A DNA stretch of 64,000 nt, from the NCBI RefSeq assembly GCF_003918875.1, contig NW_025764891.1:2232001-2296000 (forward strand), given 5' to 3'. Under the pieces are notes generated by a model that saw nothing but the letters and a program-made list of their open reading frames with translations, was not told the DNA's origin and ran no database searches. Source of the stretch: Haliotis rubra (lineage: Eukaryota). The stretch's first letter is position 1; each line of letters begins with the position of its first letter. A program made the translations under genes and the position numbers. Of this stretch, positions 1 through 13,148 are shown piece by piece.

Positions 1-160
1 AGCCTTGTGGTTAAAGCGTTGGCTCGTCACGCCGAAGACCCGGGTTCGATTCCCCACATAGGTACAATGTGTGAAGCCCATTTCTTGTGTCCCCGCCGTG
101 ATATTGCTGGAATATTGCTAAAAGCGGCGTAAAACTTAATTCACTGATTCACTCACTGGC
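1..160 (+). mobile_element. tRNA-derived SINE, family A (~170 bp), 5' end cut by window edge
   Basis: A-box-like TAGTGGTTAAAGCG, B-box GGTTCGATTCC, tail GCTGGAATATTGCTAAAAGCGGCGTAAAAC(TCAC)n. More than 20 copies, e.g. 3710-3866, 5726-5896, 10680-10822, 11066-11200, 12778-12940, 14234-14403, 14522-14686, 15060-15228, 17525-17683, 21420-21578, 38350-38516, 42600-42730, 42875-43032, 43631-43782, 47840-48000, 52840-53005, 53080-53220, 61608-61773. Confidence 0.9.
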
Positions 161-1899
161 TCACTGACTCCCTCAACTTCCAGCATTATATAGGTCATGT
201 GTTTACCTGACCACCCTGAATTTCGGACGAGAACATTATGACCAAAGACAATATTTTTAAAATGAACACTAACAATAATAATCATAGTATGAATTCAACT
301 AAACTTACATCTATGGCCTATCATGCTATTCGCAATTCACAGAACCGACAGATGTCATATAATGAGTATCATTTAAAGTAAATTTCCTCACCATAACACG
401 ATATTTGAATAAAGACAATAGACATTATACATTCAGAAGAAAAGTAATGTTTAAGTCATTATTTTAAATGCCTAGACATATTAGAGAGTTAAATTTTCAC
501 AAAAGATAAAACTAAAAAACATGTTCGTAGTTACTTTGGGATATAAGTATTAGCTGTAATTATTTCAAAGCATGTTCCACACGGGCTGATGAATACTTAG
601 AGCCTAGTCCACCATCACTCGTAGTACAAAGGTGCACGTGTACTCTCTCAGGTGAACATATAGTGACAGTGCGATATCATCCCTCAGTGACAACCAAGAC
701 TGCTCTTTTCACAATACGGGTAGATAAAGGTAGGTGGAGATGCAACGTATGTTTTATCATTGGGAATATTTGTGGAAGTACTAGATCGCTTAATTCTATT
801 TTTATTGTCGGTATTTCGGAACAATATAGATGCTCGCCAAATCTCACAAGATGCGATTCTAATGAGGCCACAATGACGACTTCAGTGATTGAATTGAACG
901 AACGGGGAAGAACAGTTATAAGTATTTATGGGTTTGGTACGTGATATATATAATTATATTTTATAAAGTTAGACAGAAAGCAGAAAGATTCCCCCATATG
1001 CGATGATGTTGATGGGTCAATCAATCAAGTGTATTTCGTAACAAGGCCTCAGGCCCACGTACAATACATGGGTTGTACATAGTGAAACATACATGATGAT
1101 ATCAGTGATACATTTATCTACCGTGGCCTCACTATCACCTTCGATCTTGAACTTTTTATTGTTGTTACGATGTGTATCCAGCTTCATACAGCTTGACTCC
1201 CCACATATAGGTCACCCTTAAAGTGTGACGCCGAGTGTACTTTCAAACTGTTAGGATTGTAATATACACCCTTCGGAGCAAAGCCAAAACATGCCACGCC
1301 AACCTCGTACATCGTACTGGTTAAGAATGCTGTCACAAAGCGGGGATCTCTGTTTGTTTGTTTGTTGTTTAACGCCGCACTCAGCAATATTCCAGCTGCC
1401 AGGCAGTGGTCTGTAAAGAATCTGGACCAGACAATCCAGTGATCACAGAATGAGTTTCGATCTACGCAATGAGGATACGATGACATGTGTCAACCGCGTC
1501 AGCAAGCCTGACCACCCGATCCTGTTAGTCGCATCTGAAGATAAGCATTGGTTACTGAAGATCAATTCTAACCTAGATCTTCACGGGTAGAGACAAGCAT
1601 AGGTTGCTGAAGATCAATTCTAACCCGGATCTTCACAGGTCAGGTCTTATGTTGACTATCATGTCAAACATTCCTGTCTTCTCGACTGTGAATTTATACG
1701 TAAGTATTTTGCATCATGGATACGTAAATTTGCCCCCGTGCATATTGTTGACATTTGTCAACAAGGTGTTCAAATACACCCACAGAACCCACCAACAGTG
1801 TATTTTGGCATAGCCATGATACGGTTTTCTTCTATATAGTATAATTCTATATTTGACTGCAATACTAAACTGTCTCTTCTGCTTTCTTCAGATCAGAAC

Positions 1900-4800
1900 A
1901 TGAAGGCTGTGTTCGCTCTGTTACTCTTGACTATCCTCGTGGAGAGGACGACTTCCGGCAAATTACTGCTGATCATGCTGGACGGGTTCCGCTGGGACTA
2001 CTTTGATCAGGGATTACAGCTTCCAGCTTTTGACAAGATATTTCATCGGGGTGTTAAAGCAAGGCGGCTGATACCGGCCTACCCCTCCGTGTCTTATCCC
2101 AATCACTACACGCTGTTAACAGGTGAGTATACACTTACCATTGCACATAGTTAACAGGTGAGTAGAAACTTACCATTATACGTAGTTAACAGGTGAGTAG
2201 ACACTTACCATTGTACATAGTTAACAGGTGAGTAGACACTTACCATTATACGCAGTTAACAGGTGAGTAGACACTTACTATTATACGTAGGTGAGTAGAC
2301 ACTTACCATTATACGTAGTGAACAGGTGAGTAGACACTTACCATTATACGTAGTTAACAGGTGAGTAGACACTTACCATTATACGTAGTTAACAGGTGAG
2401 TAGACACTTACCATTATACGTAGTTAACAGGTGAGTAGACACTTACCATTATACATAGTTAACAGGTGAGTAGACACTTACCATTATACATAGTTAACAG
2501 GTGAGTAGACACTTACCATTATACGTAGTTAACAGGTGAGTAGACACTTACCCATAGTTAACAGGTGAGTAGACACTTACCATTATACATAGTTAAAGGT
2601 GAGTAGACACTTACATTGTGTATTATAGTTATTATACGTAGTTAACAGGTGAGTAGACACTTACCATTGTACATAGTTAACAGGTGAGTAGACACTTACC
2701 ATTGTACATAGTTAACAGGTGAGTAGACACTTACTATTATACGTAGTTAACATGTGAGTAGAAACTTACCATTGTACATAGTTAACAGGTGAGTAGACAC
2801 TTACCATTGTACGCAGTTAACAGGTGAGTAGACACTTACCATTATACGTAGTTAACAGGTGAGTAGAAACCACCCATTATACGATATTTACAGGTGAGCC
2901 GAAACAAACCGTTACATATTGTAACGGATAGGTCTTCTTTGGCCCACAAATTCATCTGACAAACAACTTTAGCTTAGATGAGACGCTAATCAGACAGGTA
3001 GTTTTAACCTCATCAAATGGCACCTATCACAGACGACTTTCAACTGATATGTGTTTTCACCTACAATTTCATTTCTCATATATTTAAAGAATGAATTGTG
3101 ATGTTTTAAACATATATTTAAAGAATGAATTGTGATGTTTTAAACATATATTTTGCAAGTCCAGGAATGTATTTTTAAAAGTATCAATTTCCGAATTACA
3201 TTCACAAGTATCGTATACGTATATCCCTATAGATATGCCTTAAACAAATCCCAATAGGTCCTTAATTAATTCGCATCATAGCAATCAATACATGATACCA
3301 AAGTAAGGCTTCCGGTTTTAATGTCATGTAATGGGAAACCTTTACAGGCCTGTACGTTGAGTCTCACGGTTTTGTTGGCAACGAATGGTATGACGTCACT
3401 GCGGAGAAATACTATTCCCCCTGGTACAAAGAGCTTACTCCCGAAGACAGATCCTTCTTGTACGCTGAATCAGAACCATTGTGGGTCAGCGCCGTCAGAC
3501 AGGTCAGCACTCTCACCATCGGTTAACCAGGGTAGAATACCCACAAACTGGTGTGATAAAGACCCTGGGTCCGTCACAACTACGTTTTAAGAATGATTCG
3601 ATTACCACGACGCGAAAAAAACATATACTAGTATATGAAATCTCTTCTGAAAAGTGAATCTGTACGCTGTCGAGTATAACATGAGCCTTTCTTAATTTCA
3701 TGAGTAGAGATGGGGTAGCCTAGTGGTGAAAGCGGTAGCTCGTCATTCCGAAGACCCGGGTTTGAGTCCCCACATGGGAACAATGTGCGAAGCCCCTTTC
3801 TGGTATCCCCCGCCTTGATATTACTGGGATATTGCTACAAGCGGCGTAAAACCATACTCACTCACTCTTCAATTCATGAATCACTTACAAATACTGATGA
3901 TTTTAAGAGTTTGCGATTGGATAACAGTTAAGGGTGAGTGAGTGAGTTTAGTTTTACGCCGCACTCAGCAATATTCCAGCTATATGGCGGCGGTCTGTAA
4001 ATAAACGAGTCTGGATCAGAGAATCTAGTGATCAACAACATGAGCATCGATCTGCGGAATTGGGAACCGATAATAACAATGAAGATACAACTAGAATATG
4101 TATCAGGGTTGGGATATTGAGCAAGATACATAAACAATTAATGGGCATTGGCGATACCATGCAAAATGACAAAAAGAGTTGAAAAAGTCGGATAAGCTTT
4201 TGTGTGATGCATCAACACTCTAAATACTGAAAGGAAGGTTTCTTTATATTTTATTTAGAAGTGTGTGAAGAACCATTCATTTTGTTTTGTGATTTAACGC
4301 TGTATTCAGCAATATTCCAGTTAAATGGCGGCGGTCTGCAAATAATCAAATCTGGACCAGACAATCAAATGATCAATAACATGATAATCGATCAGGATAT
4401 TTGACTTCCAATACAAGTCAGTGAGCCTGACCACCCGATCCTGCTAGTCGCCTCTTACGACAAGCAAGGGTTGCTGGAGACCAGTTCTAACCCGGTTCAT
4501 CACGGGTTGAGATGAAGTATTGAGTTATATAAATAAGATACCGTATGGGCATTCACCAGCTGCTTTGCAATTGTACAAATTGTACAATTGATTGGATTTT
4601 GTTTTTACAAGAACAAGAGGGTGCACATGTTCCACTGGTTCGGATGTGAGGTGCAAATAAGAGGAATTAGACCTACGTTCTGCGCTAAGCATGACGGTCT
4701 CCCTTCCATCACTGACTTTCAGCACGACCTGGAGGAAAGCCTGCAGCTGTTTCTCAACGACAGTACAGATCTGGCAGGTAACCTCTAACCTAGTCTCCCC

Positions 4801-7800
4801 GTGAAGATCTGGGTTAGAATATTGATCTTCAGTAACCCATGCTTGTCGTAAGAGGCGACTAACGGGATCGGGTGGTCAGGCTCGCTGACTGGGTTGACAC
4901 ATGTCATCGTATCCCAATTGCGTATATCGATGCTCGTGCTGTTGATCACTGGATTGTCTGGTCCAGACTCGATTATTTACAGACCGCCGCCATATAGCTG
5001 GAATATTGCTGAGTGCGGCGTAAAACTAAACTCACTCACTCACTCACTCTAACCTAGTCTGTCTCATGGTCTCAGAACCGCACTATTTTGCCTTTCGCCC
5101 CGCCCAAACTGCAGTTCTAAAGCCTTAAATTTAGCAAGTCTAGATTTCCTCAGGTTCAGGGTCTGTTATCATCTGCAAGAAAACTAACTTCAGGAGTCGG
5201 GTTACAGAGTAAACATATCGCACTGTCATAGCTGGCTTGATCAGCATCTTGACCAGTGACCAGGGTTCTCTGCCTACATTTTTAATGTCAGCTCTTAATT
5301 AATAAGGTCAGCGTGAAGCAAAAAGCTAGTGAGGTTACGACCATTGTATAATTCTTGGTCTGATTGCATGGGATTCTAACTTATTCAATCGCTAATGGCA
5401 CCAATATAAATCTCCATTTTGACCATGTCACTACTCCCATGAACATTTTCATCTTTAAGAGATGTAATGAGAGATCCATGCGAGAGTTGCCATGTGTTTC
5501 ACTGTCAATGATACGCTGTCATCTGAAAAGAAGTATAACTATATCCTCTCCGTACAGAGTTAAAAGTGGACATCGATTGTTTACAGGGATTTTATAGAAC
5601 GCAGCATTCCACCACTGTATATAATCGAGTCTGGACCAGACAATCCAGTGACTAACGTTATGAGCATCGACCTACACTGGGATTGCATTAACTAGCATTC
5701 AGCACTAACTCATTTCTACAACAAGGGCCGGTGGGGTAGCCTAGTGGTTAAAGCGTTGGCTCGTCACGCCGAAGACCCGGGTTCGATTCCCCACATGAGC
5801 ACAATGTGTGAAGCCCATTTCTGGTGTCCCCCGCCGTGATATTGCTGGAATATTGTTAAAAGCGGCGTAAAACTAAACTCAGTCAGTCAGTCAGTCTATA
5901 ACAAACTTCCCAACCGCCCCTCTCATGCAGTGTTTCTGCTGTTTAGTGGTCTACCACGAGAAGATAGACGACCATGCACACAGATATGGACTCAATTCAA
6001 GCAATTTGATTTCGGCAATTCTGGAAGTAGACGAAGAATTTTCCCGACTGCTTACAAAATTCGCCCAAACTGGATTGGAAGACCATGTTGATGTAATGGT
6101 ATTCTCTGACCATGGAATGACCAGCATATCCCCGTCACATGTCGTCAACGTGAGTGACGTCATGCCGACGTCATGTGTCGACGCCATTGTCAATGGATAT
6201 GGTTCTCATGTGTACATTTGGTCAGAAGTTGATTGTTTACAAAAGGTGAGTACGCCCAAGTAACAATCGATGTTGACTGGACTGGAACATTTTCTGGACA
6301 CAAGCCTTAAAAACATTCAGAAAATCTCGTTAGGAGCCGCTATTTAAATTCGACAATCGGCTATTCCAATACATTAATTATTGTTTCCGTAAACCGTTTA
6401 ATTTAAATGTGGTAATATATCTGTTGATCCATTCGTCACCACTCGCCTCTTTCCGTAACCTCCAATGCTTGTCCCGGAATAGCACGAGCTGGTCACGAAT
6501 GGCTTGTCCCGGAATAGTACGAGTTGGTCACGAATGCTGTTGATCCTGTTTCCGAAAAGAATGACCCCGCAGTGATATTGCTGGAATATTGCTAAAAGCG
6601 GCGTAAAACTAAACTCACTCGCTCGAAAGGAATGTTGATCTTTATCATGATAAAAACACTAATACCCGTAGTTCCTATCGAGCTATGATATTGTTTTAAA
6701 GTAATCATGTTCTCTAGAACATGGTAAAAGATATATTCATAATGTTCTCTCGCTAGAGTGTAGCTATTCCTGCAAAAAATAGTTCTCACACTATAATATC
6801 GCGTTCAAAGACCGTCGCAATAATGGCAACCTGAAGCTTCTCCGTATTATATATTATTAGTGACAGTGGTTCTGAAAGTAGTACTAATGTTCATTTGAAC
6901 AACACATATCTAATTATAATATACTAACCAAAAGAAGTAACAATAAAATTCAATCTTTCATAGCATGACCACAGTAAAAATATAAAATTTGGTATTTCTT
7001 TTGTTTTAGTAGTTTAGCTCTGTTCTCGTCTTGATTTGGTGTTCAGATGTGACGACAGGAATCCTACTATTTCTTTTTATCAAAATGTCTTAAGTTTTTA
7101 AACGAAGATATGACATGCTAATGGCCTCGACTTGGGGGAAGCTGTTTAATATCTACTGAACACTACGTAGGTATACGACGTCTTGAAAGACTACAGTCCT
7201 CACTTCAAAGCGTACCTGAAGGACGATATCCCCGACAGATGGCGCTTCAAACATCACAAACGTATCCCACCATTGATACTAGTTCCAGATATGGGATGGT
7301 ACATTGACACGGTAAGTACTTCTGGCTTCTAAGAGTTAATTCAGATTTAATCAAATTAATTATCAAATGCAGCAATACTTAAGACACAAGATTGCGAATA
7401 CGTTTTCTGCCCTTGACAGTTGATGCTTAACATGAATATATTATCAGACAATAAGACATATATTGTATGTACACCCTTAGAAATACTTCTCTTGAGTCAA
7501 CCATTGCGTTTACGTCATAAACAATGGAGGACGTACGGTCGTATCATGTTCAACAATGAGGCAATTTATCGCCATTGCCTCCCTGACCAATCAACATTCA
7601 GAATGCCGAATGTACTTGTTTACACACCGGAAAGCTCGATCTTGCAAGGTTTATTCATTCTTGATATGAGTGGTATCTTCACAGCTTTTGGACCAAGTAA
7701 GTTTTGTTTCACATTTACTTGTTACATCGTTTTAACATATTTCAGTTGTCAAGTTAAAACGTAAGAATAAACCAAATCATGAATACGTTCAATATCTATA

Positions 7801-8104
7801 CTCAGTTTTGAATGCTTGTAGGCTTTGTCCCTGGTGTTACTGCAGACAAGTTTCAGCCGAACTTTGGCTTCTTCAACTATGATACCGGTCCAATAAAGCA
7901 GAACTTCACAACGTAGACCTGTACCAGATCATGTGTCACATTCTGGATATTGAGCCTCGTTCTCACAACGGCACGTGGTCACGTGTTCGTCACATGATCA
8001 AGAACGTTTCCGGTTATCCACTGCTGTCTTCCGCTATACCTACGGCAGTTGCATGTATACTGGTAGCTCTGTGTTATTGTTGTATCGCCGGTAATCCACA
8101 TTAA
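1900..8104 (+). CDS. ENPP6: ENPP6-like ectonucleotide pyrophosphatase/phosphodiesterase (glycerophosphocholine cholinephosphodiesterase-like), 7 coding exons, 3' part disrupted as assembled
   Basis: Exons with GT-AG ends and matching phases: 1900-2122, 3348-3502, 4612-4777, 5947-6245, 7171-7311, partial exon ending 7697 (DMSGIFTAFGP), 7822-8104. Signal peptide; motifs LDGFRWDY, YPSVSYPNHYTLLTG (Ser nucleophile as in ENPP6), ESHGFVGN, EPLW, GCEVQIRGIRPTFC, FSDHGMT, NVDLYQIMCHILDIEPRSHNGTW; hydrophobic C-terminus. The GxHGYD motif is missing and there is a frame break near 7857-7910. Confidence 0.85.
2115..2900 (+). repeat. 35-bp minisatellite (~22 copies) built from the ENPP exon/intron junction
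   Basis: Unit GTTAACAGGTGAGTAGACACTTACCATTATACGTA. The first copy is the real donor (ACAG|GTGAGT at 2122/2123). Confidence 0.95.
4797..5046 (+). mobile_element. Non-autonomous retroposon, family B (~250 bp, no tRNA head), full-length copy
   Basis: 14-bp TSD CTCTAACCTAGTCT (4783-4796 and 5047-5060). Same 3' tail as family A. Other copies: 1352-1640, 3933-4070, 4280-4507, 12397-12636, 16049-16294, 16442-16665, 17950-18100, 18477-18731, 28913-29056, 29445-29640, 31030-31237, 33998-34152, 34673-34875, 52433-52730. Confidence 0.9.
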
Positions 8105-8169
8105 CGACAACTTGCACTATCCACTGCTTGTGCTTGCTTTTGGGGAGCATTTCCAAACACTTACTTATC

Positions 8170-8660
8170 AAGAAAACAATAGCAATTTACTCTTTGCGTT
8201 GGTAACCTCAAGTTACATGTTGATAAGGCCTGCTTTCAATTAATAACGTTTCCTGAAAATCCATATTCTTGGTTTTACTAATGGTCTATTTTGTTGCGTT
8301 AATTGACCAATCAATGCTCGGTCATCTCTTACGTATCACGAGAACAATAGCAATTTACTCTTTGCGTTGGTAAACTCAAATTACATGTTGATAAGGCCTG
8401 CTTTCAATAAATAACGCTTCCTGAAAATCCATATTCTTGGTTTTACTAATGGTCTATTTTGTTGCGTTAATTGACCAATCAATGCTCGGTCATCTCTTAC
8501 GTGTCAGGAAAACAATAGCAATTTACTCTTTGCGTTCGTAAACTTAACTTACATGTTGATTCGGCTTGCTTTCAATGAATAACGCTTCCTGGAAGTCAAT
8601 ATTCTTGGTTTTACGATGGTTTATTTTGTTGCGTTAATTGAACGATCAATGCTCGGTCAT
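8170..8660. repeat. ~169-bp unit tandemly repeated three times downstream of the ENPP stop
   Basis: AACAATAGCAATTTACTCTTTGCGTT recurs at ~8174, 8343 and 8511. Confidence 0.9.
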
Positions 8661-8848
8661 CCCTGGATTTTAATAAAACTATCAATGCTTCATAAATGTC
8701 CATGTCCCGATGACAATATTTCAATGACTTGTTTGTGTGTTTCTGGTTGTTACTCACAGCTTACAATTCAATATTCCAGCTGTGTGTATTCCAGACAATC
8801 CATTGATTGACATCATGAGCATCGATCTGCACAAACGAAATACGACAT

Positions 8849-9486
8849 TGTTATGAGGATGTGTTTTTGTTGATTATAATGTCACATTAATTCACTTTTA
8901 GTTGTTATGGGTCACAAATGTTTAAAGCGCCGAGTGTGGATTTGAACTCACACCTTGAACTTGGGCTGTGTATTTTCACCTGTTAAAAGTGGGCTGGGAG
9001 TTACCTCCCCTTTATTTTGCTTCCGGTCGGATTGTGGAAGCTGTGAATAATTTCTAGATGGTTGTAGTCACTAGAATTCACTGTTACAATTCACTAGAAC
9101 CGTATAATAGGGACATAAGGGATGATAGATGAGATGTAGAGGGGGACTACTTTGGATTTACGCTCATCTGTCTGCTAACATCGACGTTTCAAGACCTACC
9201 ACTCTAAATAGGCCTCGTCTACATTGAACTTCATCAGTTGTCAACAATCTTCAATCAATACATCTGTTTTAAGGGGAATATCCAAACTTTGGTGAGTTAA
9301 TATTTTAGATTTGTGACCCAATATTTTAGATGTGTGATCCAATAGTATTGTATTAGAAATCTGTACTGTCATTCATTGTAACCTTGATATATGTAATTGA
9401 ATATTATAGACTCGTCTGTGTTTTATTTTGCTGGTTTAAAGGGGGACTCACAAGCATTTTATCTCAGTAATTTCTAAACCGTAACA
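8849..9486. mobile_element. Solo LTR (638 bp, probably Gypsy-type) inserted in a family-B SINE
   Basis: Ends TGTTA...TAACA, 4-bp TSD ACAT on both sides, and the interrupted SINE continues on either flank. Confidence 0.8.
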
Positions 9487-12194
9487 ACATGCATAAACTG
9501 ACCACCCGAATGTGTTTGTAGCCAGTTAAAAGCTGCCTGGTTTGAGCTGCTGAAGACCAGTTCTTACCCACAAGGGAATTCACGGTTATGCCATGAAAAT
9601 TTGAAAACAGTTAACAATCGTGCTACACAAGGTGTTCTGCGCAACTACTATATAGGTCAAAAGGCAATTGTCTACAAGCATATAATTTTGTTGAAAATGA
9701 CAACAGTAAATTTTGTGGCTGAAACACATTTTTAGAAAGAATGGATTGAAATTAATTAATCAACTTTTTGTTATCGTGGGATTAGAGCGTTCGTTCCCGA
9801 GTCACAAACGGGACGGCTGTTATGCGTATCGGGGAACAAAGGGAAACTGCTCTAAACTTAAGACTTGATTTGGGGAACCTAAACCTGTAAGACTTTGATT
9901 TGGGGAATTACTCATGCATCTCACACCCTGTCAACAACTCAATAGGTCTGATTTCAGTGGCTTTTCTAGGGTTGGCTTGAAATTGGGACTCACGCTTTTA
10001 TTACTCATGTGACGTGCACTGCTGCGGCTGCACACCAAACTGGTTTTATAGTGCTAGCTCATTTCGACCATTTAATTTAACACAATAGGTCTGATTACCC
10101 AGTGGCATTTCTGAGTAGGGAATATGTATTTATGCTTTGGTATGACGCGTTCGGGGACTTGGCCAAATCCTCCCGGCAGCCTTAGACAACGGTATCCCAA
10201 GATATGTATTTTGGACATGGCCAAATCTGCGGTCCTTGAGGTTGAAAGCACTGCCTCAGCGCTGAACAATGTTGAGAACTCTGTCAGATCGTCAATCGAG
10301 ACGAAAACTACCTATAAGCCTGCTGGTAAAAACGTTACTGTTACTTCTCCATGTCTATGGTTAATAGGGACACAGTCTGGTGTCCTGTAACTGTATCCTC
10401 AACTTTCAACTGCACACTGGAAGAATTGCTATAGACTTGAACAAAGTACCGCCTCGTGGGTCTGGTTCGTAGAGCGTCTGTCGGGAGGGTGGGTGATCAG
10501 TAGTTCTCTAGTGCTCAATATCACGAATTTGTCAAAAACAATGATCCCTTGGACGACGGAAGCGCATGTAAAATATAACCATTCTGCTTATCTACAATGG
10601 TAGGTAGGAACGTTCCCTCCGAAAGGTGTCACCTTAGTGCGTTAACAATATACAATTATAGTGGCTTTTCTGACAACCCGATGGTTTTACGCCACTTTTA
10701 GCTATATCCCTGCAGTATCACGGCGGGGGAAACCAGAAATGGGCTTTACACATTGTATCCATGTGGGGAATCGAACCCGGGTCTTCAGCGTGACGAGCAA
10801 TCGGTTTAACGACTAGGCTATCCTGAGCAACCGTTCGAACACAAAATGCATTGGAGAACCACTCTGATGAAGACCTCTCGATTAGCCTCTAGTCCAGACA
10901 GCAGTGTATACTCCTGAAAGACTCCTTGACACTCACCAAGTCTGAGCGCACTGAAAAAGCGCCAGTAGATAACGGCTTCCGACACTATTCAAACTCTGCA
11001 ACAACGTTGTGCAGTTCAGTGCAGTCGGTGCGTTCAACCCACATTTTGGCAGCACTTCACTGAAGAGGCGGTGGGGTAGCCCAGTGGTTAAATCGTTCGC
11101 TCGCCATGATTCCCAACATGGGTACAATGTGTGAAGCTCATTTCATGTGTCTTCCGCTGCGAAATTGCTGGAATACTGCTAAAAGGTAAAACCATACCAA
11201 CTAACTGCAAAAAAAAATACATATCCTAATATGATAAGTAAAATGTACAATAGACGCCATCTTCTCGATCTTAAATGTACAAGGGAATTACATATGAAAT
11301 GGTTCCGGTGTTAAGAGGTGTATTTATTGTTATTATTTGCCCATTTTGGGCGTCTTTTAATGCACACAGTTAATGGCACACAGTTACAGACATTTATCTG
11401 TGAAACTGGCGCCCTTTTATAATCAGTAAAGCTTGACAAACCATGTGTTTAAATTTCACCAGGAAATGAAGCTAAAAAACAAAGTTTGCCTTTGAAAAAG
11501 ATATACCGACGCGCTGCACTGTGTTGATTAAGGATGATTATCTTTAAACACAGCGATGTTTTGCTGATAACACGTTGGTTCTGTGGGGAGGCATTAACAG
11601 CACGAAAACCAAGTCAAATCGGAAATATACACATGGAAAAAAGTATCGCAACAACCCTTTTTTTCATACTATCAATAGCTTACCATTAGCCACAGCAAAC
11701 GAACTTATCCAGACCTCAAGTTAGCTTACTTTGTGATAAACTGTCCGCCAAGGAATGCTTAAATGACGAAAAAGAACAAGTTTTGTCAGAGACGCATGCA
11801 TGTCAAATTGGCTCATTTTATAGTAGTGATACCTATGGTCGTATGACGTTAACAAGTGCGACCATTTTCAAGATTCGGGCTTACAATCCTCAACAAAACC
11901 CAAAGTATTAATAACCAAGCACAATGCCAATATCTGGTGTAACATCCGCCAACTGCAATAACATACAGACACACATAATTATGATATGAATATACATGGC
12001 TATATGGGGGTTAAAAATCATAGTTTTTGCGATATGTTTTTCTATGCATATACATGTACATATGTTCCCAGTATAAACTGTTCCATAGCATTAATTCCCC
12101 TGAGAAAGACAATGCGAGGAATTTTAGGAACAGATACCCTTTTGACAGTAATCCCAAACACTGACTTAGATGGTCAAGAAGTGCACAAACGGAT

Positions 12195-13035
12195 GTGAAT
12201 GAGGATCATAAAGGCGAATAAGGATATGACACAGGTGAATAAGGAGATGACACAGTCGAATAAGGAGATGACACAGGCGAATAAGGAGATGACGAAGGTG
12301 AATGAGGAGATGGCAATGTTGACAAAAGAGAATGGGTAAAATGCCAATGTTGACAAAGGTGAATGGGGAAATGACAATGGTCACAAAGGTGAATGGTGAG
12401 TGAGTGAGTTAGTTTACGCCGCACGCCAGCACTCAGCAATATGGCAGCGGTCTGTAAATAATCGAGTCTGGACCAGACAATCCAGTGATCAACAACATGA
12501 GCATCGATCTACGCAATTGGGACCGATGACATGTGTCAACCAAGTTAGCGAGGCTGACCACCCGATCCCGTTAGTCGCCTCATACGACAAGTATGGTTTA
12601 CTGAATATCAATATTCTAACCCGGACCTTCACGGGTCAAAGGTGAATGGGGAGATGACAAATGTGACAAAGGTGAATGGAGAAAGACAAAGGTGAATGGA
12701 GAAAGACAAAGGTGAATGAGGAGATGAAAAACCTGAATGAGATGAGAAAGGTGCAATGTGGATATGATAAAGGTGGACTGACTGAGTTTGGTTTCACGCC
12801 GCTTTTAGCAATATTCCAGCAACATCACGGCGGGGGACACCAGAAATGGGCTTCACACATTGTACCCATGTGGGTATTCGAACCCGGGTCTACGGCGTCA
12901 CGAGCCAACGCTTTAACCATTAGGCTACCCCACCGCCCTGATCAAGGTGGAAGAGTAGATGAGAAAGGTGAATGGGGAAATGACAAAGGTGAATAGAGAA
13001 AGACAAAGGTGAATGGGGAAATGACAAAGGGGAAA
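12195..13035. repeat. Degenerate purine-rich ~18-21-bp minisatellite interrupted by two SINEs
   Basis: Units such as GAATAAGGAGATGACACAGGC and GACAAAGGTGAATGGAGAAA. Confidence 0.75.
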
Positions 13036-13097
13036 AAGGGATGCCTCACAATATCAACATATAAATATTGCCGAACTACGTTTCTAACCATCACAGT

Positions 13098-13148
13098 CGT
13101 GTGTGTGAGCATGTGCGTGTGTGTGTGTGTGCGTGTGTGTGTGTGTGT
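13098..13148. repeat. (GT)n microsatellite
   Basis: Direct read. Confidence 0.9.

Noticed and set aside
663-944. Short ORFs at the window start
   Set aside because: No recognisable motif, splice context or codon signal.
2115-2900. CRISPR-like appearance of the 35-bp repeat
   Set aside because: Units are contiguous with no unique spacers, there are no cas genes, and the context is eukaryotic.
5726-5800. tRNA-like sequences
   Set aside because: These are SINE heads fused to a body and tail, in many diverged copies with TSDs; not functional tRNA genes.
12400-12645. Recurring short ORFs such as SIDLR..MTCVNQVSEPDHPIPLVASYDK
   Set aside because: Antisense translations of SINE family B; not conserved as a reading frame across copies.
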